From the NCBI GenBank assembly GCA_038209095.1, contig JBBQYB010000001.1, forward strand, positions 10,502 through 74,501: DNA of 64,000 nt. Direction: 5' to 3'. The position numbers were made by a program, and so were the translations under genes. Shown here in pieces: positions 41,384 to 51,439 of this stretch (positions are counted from its first letter, which is position 1; every line of letters begins with the position of its first letter). This DNA comes from Rhodobacterales bacterium. GTDB lineage: Bacteria > Pseudomonadota > Alphaproteobacteria > Rhodobacterales > Rhodobacteraceae. Below the pieces are notes generated by a model that saw only the letters and a list, made by a program, of their open reading frames with translations, was not told where the DNA came from and ran no database searches.

Positions 41384-42049
41384 ATGCGCCGTCTTTACCA
41401 TCAGCCCTTGTCGCCGTTCTGCCGCAAGATCCGCCTGGTCCTGGCCGAGAAGAAGATCGAGGTCGAGCTGGTCGAGGAGAAACCCTGGGAGCGGCGCATG
41501 GATTTTCTGCGCATGAACCCGGCGGGACAGGTGCCGGTGCTGAAGATCGACGATGTAGTTCTGGCCGACAGCAGTGCGATCTTCGAGTATCTGGAGGAGA
41601 CCCAGCCCGAGCCGCCGCTGTTGCCGAAGGATCCCGGCGTCCGGGCCGAGGCCCGCCGCTTGACCGCGTGGTTCGACGACAAGTTTCATCGCGAAGTCAC
41701 GGCGAACCTGATCTATGAGCGCGTGAACAAGAAGCTGTCGAAGGCAGGCTATCCGGAATCCGAGAACATCAAGGCCGGCAGCCGCAACATCAAGTATCAC
41801 CTCGACTACATCGGCTGGCTGATGGATCATCGCCGCTGGCTGGCGGGCAACCAGATGACCATCGCGGATTTTGCGGCCGCGGCGCATCTGAGTTGTCTCG
41901 ACTATGTCGGCGACGTGGACTGGACCCGCAATCAGGGACTGCACGACTGGTATTCCAAGATCAAGTCGCGGCCGGCCTTCCGCTCGATCCTCGCGGATCT
42001 GGTGCCGGGATTTACCCCGCCGCAGCATTACGCCGATCTGGATTTCTGA
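41384..42049 (+). CDS. fzlA: FtsZ-binding GST-fold protein FzlA
   Basis: [38 protein letters not shown]; mtgA-fzlA-queG order. Confidence 0.8.
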   Translation: MRRLYHQPLSPFCRKIRLVLAEKKIEVELVEEKPWERRMDFLRMNPAGQVPVLKIDDVVLADSSAIFEYLEETQPEPPLLPKDPGVRAEARRLTAWFDDKFHREVTANLIYERVNKKLSKAGYPESENIKAGSRNIKYHLDYIGWLMDHRRWLAGNQMTIADFAAAAHLSCLDYVGDVDWTRNQGLHDWYSKIKSRPAFRSILADLVPGFTPPQHYADLDF

Positions 42050-42050
42050 C

Positions 42051-43094
42051 GTGGCGGCGGGCGGGCCGGCCGAACTTGCCCGCCGGATCCGAGCCCGCGC
42101 CCTGGAGGAGGGCTTTTCCGCGATGGGGGTCTGTGCGCCCGACGCCATCCCGCAGGCCCCGCGGGATCTGGGCGGTTTCGTGGGTGCGGGGTTTCACGGG
42201 CAGATGGACTGGATGGCCGAGCGCATGGGTTGGCGCAGCGCCCCGAACGCGCTCTGGCCCGCCGCGCGTTCCGTCCTGATGCTCGCGGAGGTCTATACGC
42301 CCAATGTCGATCCGCTGAGCCTGATCGAGATGCGCGACCGCGGCTCGATCAGCGTCTATGCGAGGGGCGCGGATTACCACGATCTGGTAAAAAAACGGCT
42401 GAAGCGGCTGGGGCGTTGGCTGGTGGCGGAGACGGGTGCCGAGATCAAGGTCTTCGTCGACACCGCCCCGGTCATGGAAAAGCCACTGGCCCAGGCGGCG
42501 GGCCTCGGGTGGCAGGGCAAGCACACGAACCTGCTGTCGCGCGATCTGGGGAACTGGTTCTTTCTGGGGTCGATCTTCACGACGCTGGATCTGCCGCCCG
42601 ACGCGCCGGAGGTCGAGCATTGCGGCTCCTGCCGCGCCTGTCTCGACATCTGTCCAACGCAGGCATTCCCGGAGCCCTGGCGGCTCGATGCGCGCCGCTG
42701 CATCTCGTATCTGACGATCGAGCACAAAGGCCCGGTCCCCGAGGAATTTCGCGGGCCGATGGGCAACCGCATCTATGGGTGCGACGATTGCCTCGCCGTC
42801 TGTCCCTGGAACAAGTTCGCGGCGGAAGCGCGCGAGGCAGGATACTGGGCGCGCATCGAGCTTGCCTGCCCGAAGCTCGACCATCTGGCGGGGCTGGATG
42901 AGGCCGCGTTCCGGCAGGTCTTTGCGGGCTCGCCGATCAAGCGGATCGGACGCGACAGGTTCCTGCGAAACGTACTCTATGCCATCGGAAATTCGGGCGA
43001 TCCGGGTTTGCGGCCGGCGGCGGCGCGTCACACGGACGACACCGATCCGGGTGTGCGGGATGCGGCGGGCTGGGCCCTCGGGCGGCTCAGTTGA
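42051..43094 (+). CDS. queG: Epoxyqueuosine reductase
   Basis: [44 protein letters not shown]; start placed at GTG 42051. Confidence 0.95.
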   Translation: MAAGGPAELARRIRARALEEGFSAMGVCAPDAIPQAPRDLGGFVGAGFHGQMDWMAERMGWRSAPNALWPAARSVLMLAEVYTPNVDPLSLIEMRDRGSISVYARGADYHDLVKKRLKRLGRWLVAETGAEIKVFVDTAPVMEKPLAQAAGLGWQGKHTNLLSRDLGNWFFLGSIFTTLDLPPDAPEVEHCGSCRACLDICPTQAFPEPWRLDARRCISYLTIEHKGPVPEEFRGPMGNRIYGCDDCLAVCPWNKFAAEAREAGYWARIELACPKLDHLAGLDEAAFRQVFAGSPIKRIGRDRFLRNVLYAIGNSGDPGLRPAAARHTDDTDPGVRDAAGWALGRLS

Positions 43095-43812
43095 GGGCGG
43101 CGACATTGCGTCGCGCGGATGCGGCCAGAGCGTGATCCGGATGGACGGTGATCAGGTGCAGCCAATGAACTCTTGCGGCGGCTGTATCGCCGGTCTCGGC
43201 CGATGCGGCCCCGGCCTCGAACAGCGCTTCCGGCTGATCGGGGGACCGGGCGAGCACGGCGTGCGCCTCGATCAGGGCCGCATCGGGATCGCCGGCGCGG
43301 CGCAGGGCCGCGGCCTTCTGGGCACGGGCGACATCGTCGTTCGGATCGGTGGCCAGAATGGTGTCGAGGCGTGCGAGGGCCCTTGGCCAGTCGCCCTCAG
43401 TTGCGGCGATGCGCGCATCGAGCCGGATGCGGGCGGATCCCTGTTCGGTGATGCGGTCCAGCGCATCGAGGATCCGGCGCGCGACCTCCGGGCGATCCGC
43501 CGCCAGCCAGAGACGGGCCGCGTCCTCCAGGATGGTGACCCGCAGGCCGAGCGGATGGGCGCGATTGCGATCCTCGCCGAGGCGGGTCAGCAAGGTCGCT
43601 GCACTCGCGAAGGCCCCGAGCGCCTCGAGCGCCGCGGCCTCGCAAAGCTCGGCGGGCGTGCCGCCGCCGAGCCGGGTCCAGACCGCGGCCTCCTCGCGCG
43701 CGGCGGACGGATCGGTCGCGATTGCGGACACGCAGGCCTCGGGAGAGCGGATGTCCGCGCCGAGGGCGGGGGCTGCACCAAGCAGGGCGAGCGCCAGAAG
43801 ACCCTTGTGCAT
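43087..43812 (-). CDS. Exported tetratricopeptide-repeat protein
   Basis: Signal peptide [18 protein letters not shown]; Ala-rich helical repeats ([12 protein letters not shown]). Confidence 0.75.
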   Translation of the reverse strand: MHKGLLALALLGAAPALGADIRSPEACVSAIATDPSAAREEAAVWTRLGGGTPAELCEAAALEALGAFASAATLLTRLGEDRNRAHPLGLRVTILEDAARLWLAADRPEVARRILDALDRITEQGSARIRLDARIAATEGDWPRALARLDTILATDPNDDVARAQKAAALRRAGDPDAALIEAHAVLARSPDQPEALFEAGAASAETGDTAAARVHWLHLITVHPDHALAASARRNVAALN

Positions 43813-43865
43813 GGATGGCCGCTCCCCTCGGGTGCTGGATACCGCTGGACGCGTGGGGCTTCCCG

Positions 43866-44714
43866 ATGACCCGGCCCATGCTGTTGACGCTTGGACATGG
43901 CTACTCGGCGGCGGCGCTGGCATCAAGCCTCGGACCGGGCTGGGAACGTTTCGGGACGACCCGTTCGGCAGCGCGTGCGGTGGAGATGCGGGCCGCGGGC
44001 GTCACGCCGCTGGATTGGGCAGACCGAGCGGCCGTGGACACGGCGGTCGCGCAGGCAACCCACGTGCTGGTGTCGCTCGCCCCCGAGGGGCCGGAGGATC
44101 CGACGCTCGCCCGGCACGGACCGGCCTTGGCTGCGAGGAAGCCGGACTGGATCGGGTATCTGTCGACCACCGGCGTCTATGGCGACCGGGCGGGAGGTTG
44201 GGTGACCGAAGACGACGCCCCGCACCCGATCAACGCCCGCAGCCGGTGGCGGGTCGCGGCGGAGCGTGCCTGGCTGGAGGCGGGCCTGCGGGTGGAGGTG
44301 TTCCGGCTCGCCGGGATCTATGGCCCCGGCCGCAGCGCGTTCGACAGGCTTCGCGAGGGGCGCGCGCCGCGCATCGTGAAGCCCGGGCAGGTGTTCAGCC
44401 GCATCCATGTGGAGGACATCGCGCGCAGCCTCGCGGCGGCGATCGCGCGGCCGGAGCCGGCGGCCGTCTGGAACGTCGCGGACGACCTGCCCGCCCCGCC
44501 TCAGGACGTCATCGCTTTCGCGGCAGAATTGCTGGGCATCGCTGTCCCGCCGGACACGCCCTTCGAGACTGCGGACCTGTCGCCCATGGCGCGCAGCTTT
44601 TATGCCGAGAGCAAGCGCGTCTCGAATGCGCGGCTGCGCGACCGGCTGGGCGTGGACCTGCAATTTCCGGATTATCGGGCCGGATTGCGGGGGATCCTCG
44701 CGGCGGGCGGGTGA
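43866..44714 (+). CDS. SDR/NAD-dependent epimerase (YeeZ-like)
   Basis: LGHGYSA, YLSTTGVYGD, FRLAGIYGPGR, FSRIHVEDIA, LQFPDYRAGL. Confidence 0.88.
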   Translation: MTRPMLLTLGHGYSAAALASSLGPGWERFGTTRSAARAVEMRAAGVTPLDWADRAAVDTAVAQATHVLVSLAPEGPEDPTLARHGPALAARKPDWIGYLSTTGVYGDRAGGWVTEDDAPHPINARSRWRVAAERAWLEAGLRVEVFRLAGIYGPGRSAFDRLREGRAPRIVKPGQVFSRIHVEDIARSLAAAIARPEPAAVWNVADDLPAPPQDVIAFAAELLGIAVPPDTPFETADLSPMARSFYAESKRVSNARLRDRLGVDLQFPDYRAGLRGILAAGG

Positions 44715-44825
44715 GGACAGGGGATCACGATTTTCGCTGAAATTAGTGCGGACGCGTTTCGGACTGGCCTTTCGCCGGCAAACCGCGTTTAGATTCTGGA
44801 AAAGCGAAGGGGCCTGAGCAGCCTG

Positions 44826-47030
44826 ATGAACGGGAAGAGGATCACGGGGACAGGGCGCGGACGCGCTTGGGGGCGGGCTGCGTTGCTCTCGTCCATCTCC
44901 GTCATGGCGCTGACCACCCCGGCGTTGCCGGAGACGCTCCGGCCGAGCCTCAATCTCTATGGCATGACCGGGCTGATCGACATGCCGACTGCCCAGAGCC
45001 AGCCGGACGGCCAGATCGGGCTATCTTACAGCTATTTCGGCGAGACTCAGCGGCGCAACTTCAGTTTTCAGGTGCTGCCGCGCATTAGTGCCGCGATCCG
45101 CTATTCGACCATCGACAACTGGGGGCAGACGGACCGGGACACCGGCATCTATGATCCGGAGTACGACCTGTTCGATCGGAGTTTCGACGTGCAGTTCACG
45201 TTGCTGCGCGAGGGGGAGTTGCACCGCTGGACGCCCGAGGTGGCGCTCGGGTTTCGCGATTTTCTCGGAACGGGCGTCTATTCCGGCGAGTACCTGGTGG
45301 CGACGAAGACGCTGGCGGACTTCACGCTGACCGCCGGGCTCGGCTGGGGGCGGCTCGCGGGCAAGAACACCATCTCCAATCCGTTCTGCTCGATTGCGGA
45401 CGGGGCCTGCGACCGCGAGAACGATTTTGGCGAAGGCGGCAAGCTGTCGCTCGACACGTTCTTTCGCGGCGAGGATATGGGGGTTTTCGGGGGCGTCGAA
45501 TGGCGCACGCCCATCGACAAGTTGTCGGTGAAGCTGGAGTACTCGTCGGACGCGTATGAGCGCGAGCAGCGCAGCCCGGCGGCCAGCTTCGATCCCGGCT
45601 CGCAGGTGAATGTGGGGGTGGAGTATCGCATCCGACCCGGCATCACGTTCGGCGGCTATTACATGTACGGGACGGAACTCGGGTTCAATATCGCAATCAG
45701 CGGCAATCCGAACCGTCCGCTGGTGCCGCCGGATCTGGGCACCGGCCCCTTGCCGGTCAATGCGCGGGCAGCGAGTGCGCCGGACGGGGTGAACTGGGCA
45801 GGCAACCCGCAGGCGCGCGATCAGATCGCTGTCGCTCTGGCGGAGGTTCTTCAAGCGGAGGGCATCCGGCTCGAGGGGTTCAGTGCGGACCCGGACGGAC
45901 AGGGTGTCGAGGTCGCCCTGGAGAACCTGCGGTTTCAGAGCGATCCGAAGGCGCTTGGGCGGACGACGCGCGTGCTTGCTGCGGGCCTGCCGGCCTCAGT
46001 TGAGACGCTGCGCCTGACCTTGATGCGTGAGGGGGTGCGCACCAGCACCGTCGTGATCGCACGCACCGACTTCGAACGCCAGGTGGACCGACCCAACGCC
46101 GGAGAGGACAGCTGGGAGACGACCGGAGTGGTGGCGGCGACGCCAAGCATGCCGGCGGACAGCTGGCAGCGGGACGCCTATCCCGAGTTCGTCTGGAGCA
46201 TCGCACCCGCGCCGTTCCTGACGCTGCTCACGCCGGGCGATCCGATCCGCATCGGCCTGAACGTGGACGCGCGAGGAACGATCAACTTGCGGCCCGGGCT
46301 GTCGATGACGGCTGAGGTGAGCCAGCCGTTCCTGAACATCCCGGACGACCCGGGCCCGTCGGAGTCCGAATTGCCGCCGGTTCGATCAGATTCGCCGCGA
46401 TATTTCGCAGGCTACAACCCGAAGCTGCCACAGCTGACCGTCGATTACCTGTTCAAGCTGAGCGACGACGTCTATGGACGCACGTCGCTGGGGCTTCTCG
46501 AGCGGATGTATGGCGGGGTCGGGGCCGAGGTCCTGTGGAAGCCCGTGGACCAGAGCTGGGGGGTCGGGGCCGATCTCAACTGGGTCGCCCAGCGCGACTA
46601 CGACGATCCGTTCGGCTTTGATTATTACGATTATGATGTCGTGACGGGCCATGCGTCGCTGTATTGGGACACCGGGTTCTACGGGCTGGAGGCGCAGCTC
46701 GATGCCGGCCGTTACCTTGCGGGAGACTGGGGCGGCACGGTGACAATGACGCGACGGTTCCCGAACGGCTGGGCTGTCGGCGCCTATTTCACGTTGACGG
46801 ACGTCACCGAGGAGGACTTCGGCGAGGGCAGCTTCGACAAGGGCGTGAGCGTCGAGATCCCGTTCCGCTGGACCGTGCCCTTCGAGACGCGGGCCAACAA
46901 CGCGATCGATCTGCAGTCGGTGTCACGCGACGGCGGTGCGCAGCTCGATATTTCGAATGAACTCTATCCGATCGTGCGCGATCACGACCGAAACCGTCTG
47001 TCGCGCAACTGGGGGAGTTTCTGGCAATGA
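44826..47030 (+). CDS. YjbH/GfcD family outer-membrane protein
   Basis: Signal peptide; YGMTGLIDMPTA, DRSFDVQF, GLLERMYGGVGAE, AGRYLAGDWG, GEGSFDKG; C-terminal aromatic FW. Confidence 0.9.
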   Translation: MNGKRITGTGRGRAWGRAALLSSISVMALTTPALPETLRPSLNLYGMTGLIDMPTAQSQPDGQIGLSYSYFGETQRRNFSFQVLPRISAAIRYSTIDNWGQTDRDTGIYDPEYDLFDRSFDVQFTLLREGELHRWTPEVALGFRDFLGTGVYSGEYLVATKTLADFTLTAGLGWGRLAGKNTISNPFCSIADGACDRENDFGEGGKLSLDTFFRGEDMGVFGGVEWRTPIDKLSVKLEYSSDAYEREQRSPAASFDPGSQVNVGVEYRIRPGITFGGYYMYGTELGFNIAISGNPNRPLVPPDLGTGPLPVNARAASAPDGVNWAGNPQARDQIAVALAEVLQAEGIRLEGFSADPDGQGVEVALENLRFQSDPKALGRTTRVLAAGLPASVETLRLTLMREGVRTSTVVIARTDFERQVDRPNAGEDSWETTGVVAATPSMPADSWQRDAYPEFVWSIAPAPFLTLLTPGDPIRIGLNVDARGTINLRPGLSMTAEVSQPFLNIPDDPGPSESELPPVRSDSPRYFAGYNPKLPQLTVDYLFKLSDDVYGRTSLGLLERMYGGVGAEVLWKPVDQSWGVGADLNWVAQRDYDDPFGFDYYDYDVVTGHASLYWDTGFYGLEAQLDAGRYLAGDWGGTVTMTRRFPNGWAVGAYFTLTDVTEEDFGEGSFDKGVSVEIPFRWTVPFETRANNAIDLQSVSRDGGAQLDISNELYPIVRDHDRNRLSRNWGSFWQ

Positions 47031-47716
47031 GACGGTCCCTGATTGCAGCGATCTGCCTCGGCCTTGCCGGGTGCAGCAATGGGCAGGTCAACCCCATAGT
47101 CAGTGCGGCGGTCAGTGAGATCGTGCCCGGAGCCGGCCCCGAGGCCCCCGCGCGCCCCGCCGGCCCGCCTCTGACGCGGGCATCCCTGACCCGCGCCGAT
47201 GTGGCGACCATCCGCGCGCGGCTGGTCAAGGACGAGCGCCCGACGTTCCTCTTTGCGGCCAGCGACAACGGCGGCCACGTCACCTTCGCGTCCGGTAATC
47301 GTCAGACGCTAACCTTGCGCGGATCCTCGATAACCGGGTCACGGGGATTGGGGTGGGATCTGCTGTCGGCGCTTTCGAGCCGTCCCGATCCTCTGGTCCA
47401 GGCGATTTCCCCGGGCCAGTGGCCAGCGTCGGTTCAGCGCAGTTACGAATTTTCAGCCTTCGCGCCGCAGGGGCGCATCGAGACCTTCGACTGCAGCTTT
47501 GCTTTCGGGGACGTCCGCGACATCGTGATTTTCGAGAAGCCCCAGCGCGGCGTCGAGGTGACGGAGACCTGCGTGGGCGAAACGGGCACGTTCGACAACC
47601 TGCATTTCGCCGATACCCAGACCGGGTTCGTCTGGCGCAGTCTGCAATGGCTGGGCCCACAGCAGGGCATGATCGATCTCGAGATCATCATTCCGTACAC
47701 GGGGCGGCGGAGCTGA
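47027..47716 (+). CDS. YjbF/GfcB family lipoprotein
   Basis: Lipobox LAGC; [28 protein letters not shown]; ATGA overlap with yjbH. Confidence 0.8.
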   Translation: MRRSLIAAICLGLAGCSNGQVNPIVSAAVSEIVPGAGPEAPARPAGPPLTRASLTRADVATIRARLVKDERPTFLFAASDNGGHVTFASGNRQTLTLRGSSITGSRGLGWDLLSALSSRPDPLVQAISPGQWPASVQRSYEFSAFAPQGRIETFDCSFAFGDVRDIVIFEKPQRGVEVTETCVGETGTFDNLHFADTQTGFVWRSLQWLGPQQGMIDLEIIIPYTGRRS

Positions 47717-47774
47717 GGCCCCAATTTACGGACGTGCAACACACCCGTTAAAAGACTCACCTGTCGTAAGGCGC

Positions 47775-47800
47775 AAAAAAAAGCGACGTTTCCGCCGCTT
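47775..47800 (-). terminator. Rho-independent terminator
   Basis: Minus strand AAGCGGCG-GAAA-CGTCGCTT; an 8-T run begins in the 3' arm. Confidence 0.8.
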
Positions 47801-47886
47801 GCATCAATTCACACAGTTTGGGAGGTCAGCGCACCGATGACGGTGCGCTGAAGGAGCCTTGCCCGGACCGGGCAAGCAGACTCAAA
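47775..47886 (-). ncRNA. Candidate structured 3'-UTR / 3'-derived sRNA
   Basis: Two perfect hairpins (47858-47876, 47826-47851) plus a terminator within 112 nt, with anti-SD-like linkers; inference only. Confidence 0.35.
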
Positions 47887-48090
47887 TCAGGAGTCGTCGT
47901 TCGAAATCGCATAGGCGACGGCGGCAAGGCCGATGACCGGGATGATCCAGGCAGCATTGAAGCCGCCCATCTCCGGGGCGGGCTCAGCAACGATGATCTC
48001 TTCTTCAACCGGGGCTTCGAAGACGAGGGCGCCGGCGAATGCCTGACCGGCGAGCAGGAGCGCGGCCGCAGTGCTTACGATAAGTTTCAT
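47887..48090 (-). CDS. Small exported protein with C-terminal hydrophobic helix (GfcA/YjbE-like architecture)
   Basis: 67 aa: signal peptide ending AFA, acidic Pro/Glu spacer, WIIPVIGLAAVAYAIS helix, NDDS tail; GGAGG RBS; own terminator. Confidence 0.8.
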   Translation of the reverse strand: MKLIVSTAAALLLAGQAFAGALVFEAPVEEEIIVAEPAPEMGGFNAAWIIPVIGLAAVAYAISNDDS

Positions 48091-48236
48091 TGTTGTCCTC
48101 CAAAAAGGTGCGGGTCTGCGAAACTGCTAGCTCGTCCGGACCTGCGAGCGGACCAGCTAATGCTCGAACCTTACCCAACATCGCGCCGCATGTTCAATCG
48201 AGGAAACACGGCAGGTTGAGTAAATCCCGAATGTTG

Positions 48237-48863
48237 TCAAATGAGCAACACCGGAGTTCCGACCTGAGCACGGTCATAAACCTCTAGGATATGCTCGTTG
48301 AAGAGGCCGATACAGCCATTCGACGACTGACGCCCGATCTTGCGGATGTCGTTCGTACCATGGATGCGGTAGGCCCCGGGAAAGCCCAGATTGAGAGCCC
48401 GGATCCCGAGAGGGTTGTCCGGGCCCGGGCCGACGTACGTGGGAAGATCGGGATTGCGCTGAAGCATGTTCGTCGTTGGACGCCATTCGGGATCGGGACG
48501 CTTGAGCGTCACCGTCGTCCGGCCGCGGCGGGTGAGATCGCCGTTCATAGGAACGGACGTCGGATAGATCCGGTAAAACCCGTCGGAGCCCCAGTAATGC
48601 AGCGTCCGATCGTTGACGTCCGCCAGCATGGCGTCCCTCTCGATGGAGTCGAAGAAGTCCTGCCAGTTGCGGCTCGTGGCACCAGAGACCCGGCGCAGAA
48701 GCCGCGGCTTGTCCATGTCGTCGGGGACGAAATCGCGCAGGGGATCCGCAGTCTGCGCAAAGGCGGAACCACTGGCGCAGAAGGCTGCGGCCGCTACGGC
48801 CATTCCGAAAACGCTTCGACCGAATTCGCGACGGCTGACATTCCGCATCCAGTTCTTTGACAT
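48237..48863 (-). CDS. L,D-transpeptidase (YkuD) with Tat signal
   Basis: SRREFG Tat motif; GPDNPLG, YRIHGT, SSNGCIGL catalytic His/Cys. Confidence 0.93.
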   Translation of the reverse strand: MSKNWMRNVSRREFGRSVFGMAVAAAAFCASGSAFAQTADPLRDFVPDDMDKPRLLRRVSGATSRNWQDFFDSIERDAMLADVNDRTLHYWGSDGFYRIYPTSVPMNGDLTRRGRTTVTLKRPDPEWRPTTNMLQRNPDLPTYVGPGPDNPLGIRALNLGFPGAYRIHGTNDIRKIGRQSSNGCIGLFNEHILEVYDRAQVGTPVLLI

Positions 48864-49024
48864 ATTACCTCTCTACAGTTGCACGCCTACTCGACGTGTA
48901 GGACCTGTCACCGCGCCTCGCAACTCACAACTCCATCAAGGCCCGCAGAGTTCCCGACGCGATTGCATTTGAAGGGCGGCCGGAAAGCCAGTAAGCCTTG
49001 AAATCGGATAACGATTTGCCGGAT

Positions 49025-49522
49025 ATGTCGATGTTGCGTGCTCCCGTCCTCCTGCTTGCGCTGCTCCTCGCTCTCGGGGCCTGCGCCAGTGCCCCGAGCC
49101 CCACGCCGGGTGGCGTCGCACGGCTCTCCCAGGCGGATGTCGCTCCGATCCGGCTGCGCCATCTCGATGCGGTGAACGCGGCTCGCGCGCAGCAGGGCTT
49201 GCAGCCGGTGCAATTGTCGGCCGAACTCAATGCCGCGGCCGATACCCATGCCCGCGACATGTCCGTGCAGCGGCGTGCCTGGCATTTCGGATCGGACCTC
49301 ACGAGCTGGCGCGAACGCGGGTTTCGGGCAGGGTATCGCGGCGAGATCGTCGGCGAGAACATCTTCGAGGGCGCCGACAGCGATCTGACGGTGCTCGGTT
49401 ACTGGCTCGACGTCCCGGACACGCGCCGGATCATCATGGAGCCGTCTGCCAGAGGTCTCGGCCTCGGCTGGCATCAGGACCAGGGCGGCAAACTGTGGTG
49501 GGTCCAGCTTCTCGGAAGCTGA
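49025..49522 (+). CDS. CAP/SCP domain lipoprotein
   Basis: Lipobox LGAC; VNAARAQQGL, AADTHARDM, HFGSD, GENIFEG; start uncertain. Confidence 0.88.
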   Translation: MSMLRAPVLLLALLLALGACASAPSPTPGGVARLSQADVAPIRLRHLDAVNAARAQQGLQPVQLSAELNAAADTHARDMSVQRRAWHFGSDLTSWRERGFRAGYRGEIVGENIFEGADSDLTVLGYWLDVPDTRRIIMEPSARGLGLGWHQDQGGKLWWVQLLGS

Positions 49523-49536
49523 ACCCCTGATACGCT

Positions 49537-50091
49537 TCAGCCGAGGATGGTGATCGGCACGCCGGTCGGCGTCATCGACCAGATCTCCTCCATCTCGGCG
49601 TTCGTCACCGCGATGCATCCGGCCGTCCAGTCGCGGTCGGCACCCTTGGGGCCGCGCATTGGTTCGCCGTGGATGAAGATGTCGCCACCGGGATCGACGC
49701 CCAAGGCGCGCGCCTGGGCCATGTCCCGGGCATTCGGATAGGTGATGCCGAGCGAGAGGAAGAACTCGCTGCGGGGGTTCCGCCGGTCGATCCAATACTG
49801 GCCCTCCGGCGTCCGACCGTCGCCCGAGCGGGTCTTGTGGCCGTCGGGCCTGAACCCGAGGTCCACCCGGTAGCGCTTGAGGATCTCCTTTCCGCGGCGC
49901 AGCTCCAGCACCCGCAGCGGCTTGGAGACGACCACATGGGTGGCACGCGGGCCGAGCGGAACCAGAGGGGCGGTGGAGGCGAGCGCCGGCACGGCCGCGA
50001 CGCTCATCAGCCCCGCACCGACCCCGAGCAGGCCGCGTCGCGTGAGCCCGTCCAGCCGGTGGTCGTGTCGAGGTTCGGGGGAAGATGTCAT
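49537..50091 (-). CDS. L,D-transpeptidase family protein (YafK-like)
   Basis: TRRGLL Tat-like motif; GDGRTPEGQY, GGDIFIHG, WTAGCIAV. Confidence 0.92.
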   Translation of the reverse strand: MTSSPEPRHDHRLDGLTRRGLLGVGAGLMSVAAVPALASTAPLVPLGPRATHVVVSKPLRVLELRRGKEILKRYRVDLGFRPDGHKTRSGDGRTPEGQYWIDRRNPRSEFFLSLGITYPNARDMAQARALGVDPGGDIFIHGEPMRGPKGADRDWTAGCIAVTNAEMEEIWSMTPTGVPITILG

Positions 50092-50150
50092 GTGCCTGCT
50101 CGCTTGATTTGACCGACCCATTCGGGCTTCGGTGCTTTCTGCCCTACAAG

Positions 50151-50166
50151 GTTAAACGAATCCTAA
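50151..50166 (-). promoter_or_regulatory. Possible CtrA site (one mismatch)
   Basis: Minus strand TTAG-GATTCGT-TTAAC between the LDT and GGDEF genes. Confidence 0.4.
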
Positions 50167-50368
50167 AAAATCATGTTTTGGCAAGCGAATTTCCGCTGAT
50201 CCAAGTGCATTCGCAGGCCGGTGTGGACAGGATGCGCTGGGGCTTGCGCAAATTGCCGGCATTTCGGACGACGTTCCTTAGGCGTTCCGCAAGGAGGCCA
50301 GGTTTACATGAGACGATAGGGCGAGACGATATTGCCCATCCGGGCCATCGGGAAGGGGGGACAGGGGC

Positions 50369-51439
50369 ATGACGCTTTTCAATCGCCGTGCGACGGACGT
50401 GCAGGACCCGAAACCCGCACCGGGAGCCAGCGGGGTGCCCGTGGCGGAACTGCCCCAGGCCACGATCGCGTTTTGCGTGAAGCACAAGATCCATCCGGTA
50501 CCGGCGGTCTACGAGACCGTCTATGTCTATCTGTTGGGGGTGAACCAGGCGCTGAACCTGGCCTTCGCGGGCGAACTGAACCGGGGTGCGCTGAGCCAGT
50601 CGATCGTCCTGCGCCTTTATGGCGATTATCTCCCGGGGGGCCAGAGGGCCCTTGGCATCAGCGAGGTCGGGACCGGGCTGAGCCACGAGGTCGAGCAGGT
50701 CACGGACGTGGTGCGCGCCGGCCTCGAGGCCGGCGGAGCGGTGAAGACCGAACTCACCCGCCTGACCGACGGGCTGAAACGGGCACCGAGCCTACAATTC
50801 GTCGTGGAATCGGCGGGTCAGATCCGCGAGATCGGCTTGCGGCAGCTGGCAGCGAACAACCGCTTGCGCGAGACGCTTCGCCTGACGTCGGGGCGGCTCA
50901 GCGAGCTGGAGCGCGATCTGGAGCGGCACATGGAGGAGGCCAATACCGACCACCTCACGAAACTGCCGAATCGCCGCGCGATCGACGGGCGTCTGCACCG
51001 GACATTCGCGCGGCCGTTCGACGAGGCGTCCCGCGATTGCCTGGTGATGATCGACATCGATCACTTCAAATCGATCAATGACACCCATGGTCACGACATC
51101 GGCGACAGCGTGATCCGCATGGTGGCGAGCCTTTTGAAGAAGGGCGCGGGTCCGACGGGCTATCCCGCGCGCTGGGGCGGCGAGGAGTTCGCGCTTCTGC
51201 TGACGGGAACGGACAACGAGGCGGCGGTTCGCATCGCCGAAGATATCCGTATCGCCCTGGCGGCGGCGCGCTGGAACCGCAAGAAGGATGGCGAGCCGCT
51301 CGGTGTCATCACCGCCTCGTTCGGCGTGGCGGAGCGCAAGGACGGCGACAGCCTGCTCATCTTCGCCAAGCGCGCGGATGCCGCGCTTTACGCGGCCAAG
51401 GCCGCGGGCCGGAACTGCACGATCCTCAGGCTCGATTGA
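50369..51439 (+). CDS. Diguanylate cyclase (GGEEF) with helical N-terminal domain
   Basis: [43 protein letters not shown]. Confidence 0.93.
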   Translation: MTLFNRRATDVQDPKPAPGASGVPVAELPQATIAFCVKHKIHPVPAVYETVYVYLLGVNQALNLAFAGELNRGALSQSIVLRLYGDYLPGGQRALGISEVGTGLSHEVEQVTDVVRAGLEAGGAVKTELTRLTDGLKRAPSLQFVVESAGQIREIGLRQLAANNRLRETLRLTSGRLSELERDLERHMEEANTDHLTKLPNRRAIDGRLHRTFARPFDEASRDCLVMIDIDHFKSINDTHGHDIGDSVIRMVASLLKKGAGPTGYPARWGGEEFALLLTGTDNEAAVRIAEDIRIALAAARWNRKKDGEPLGVITASFGVAERKDGDSLLIFAKRADAALYAAKAAGRNCTILRLD

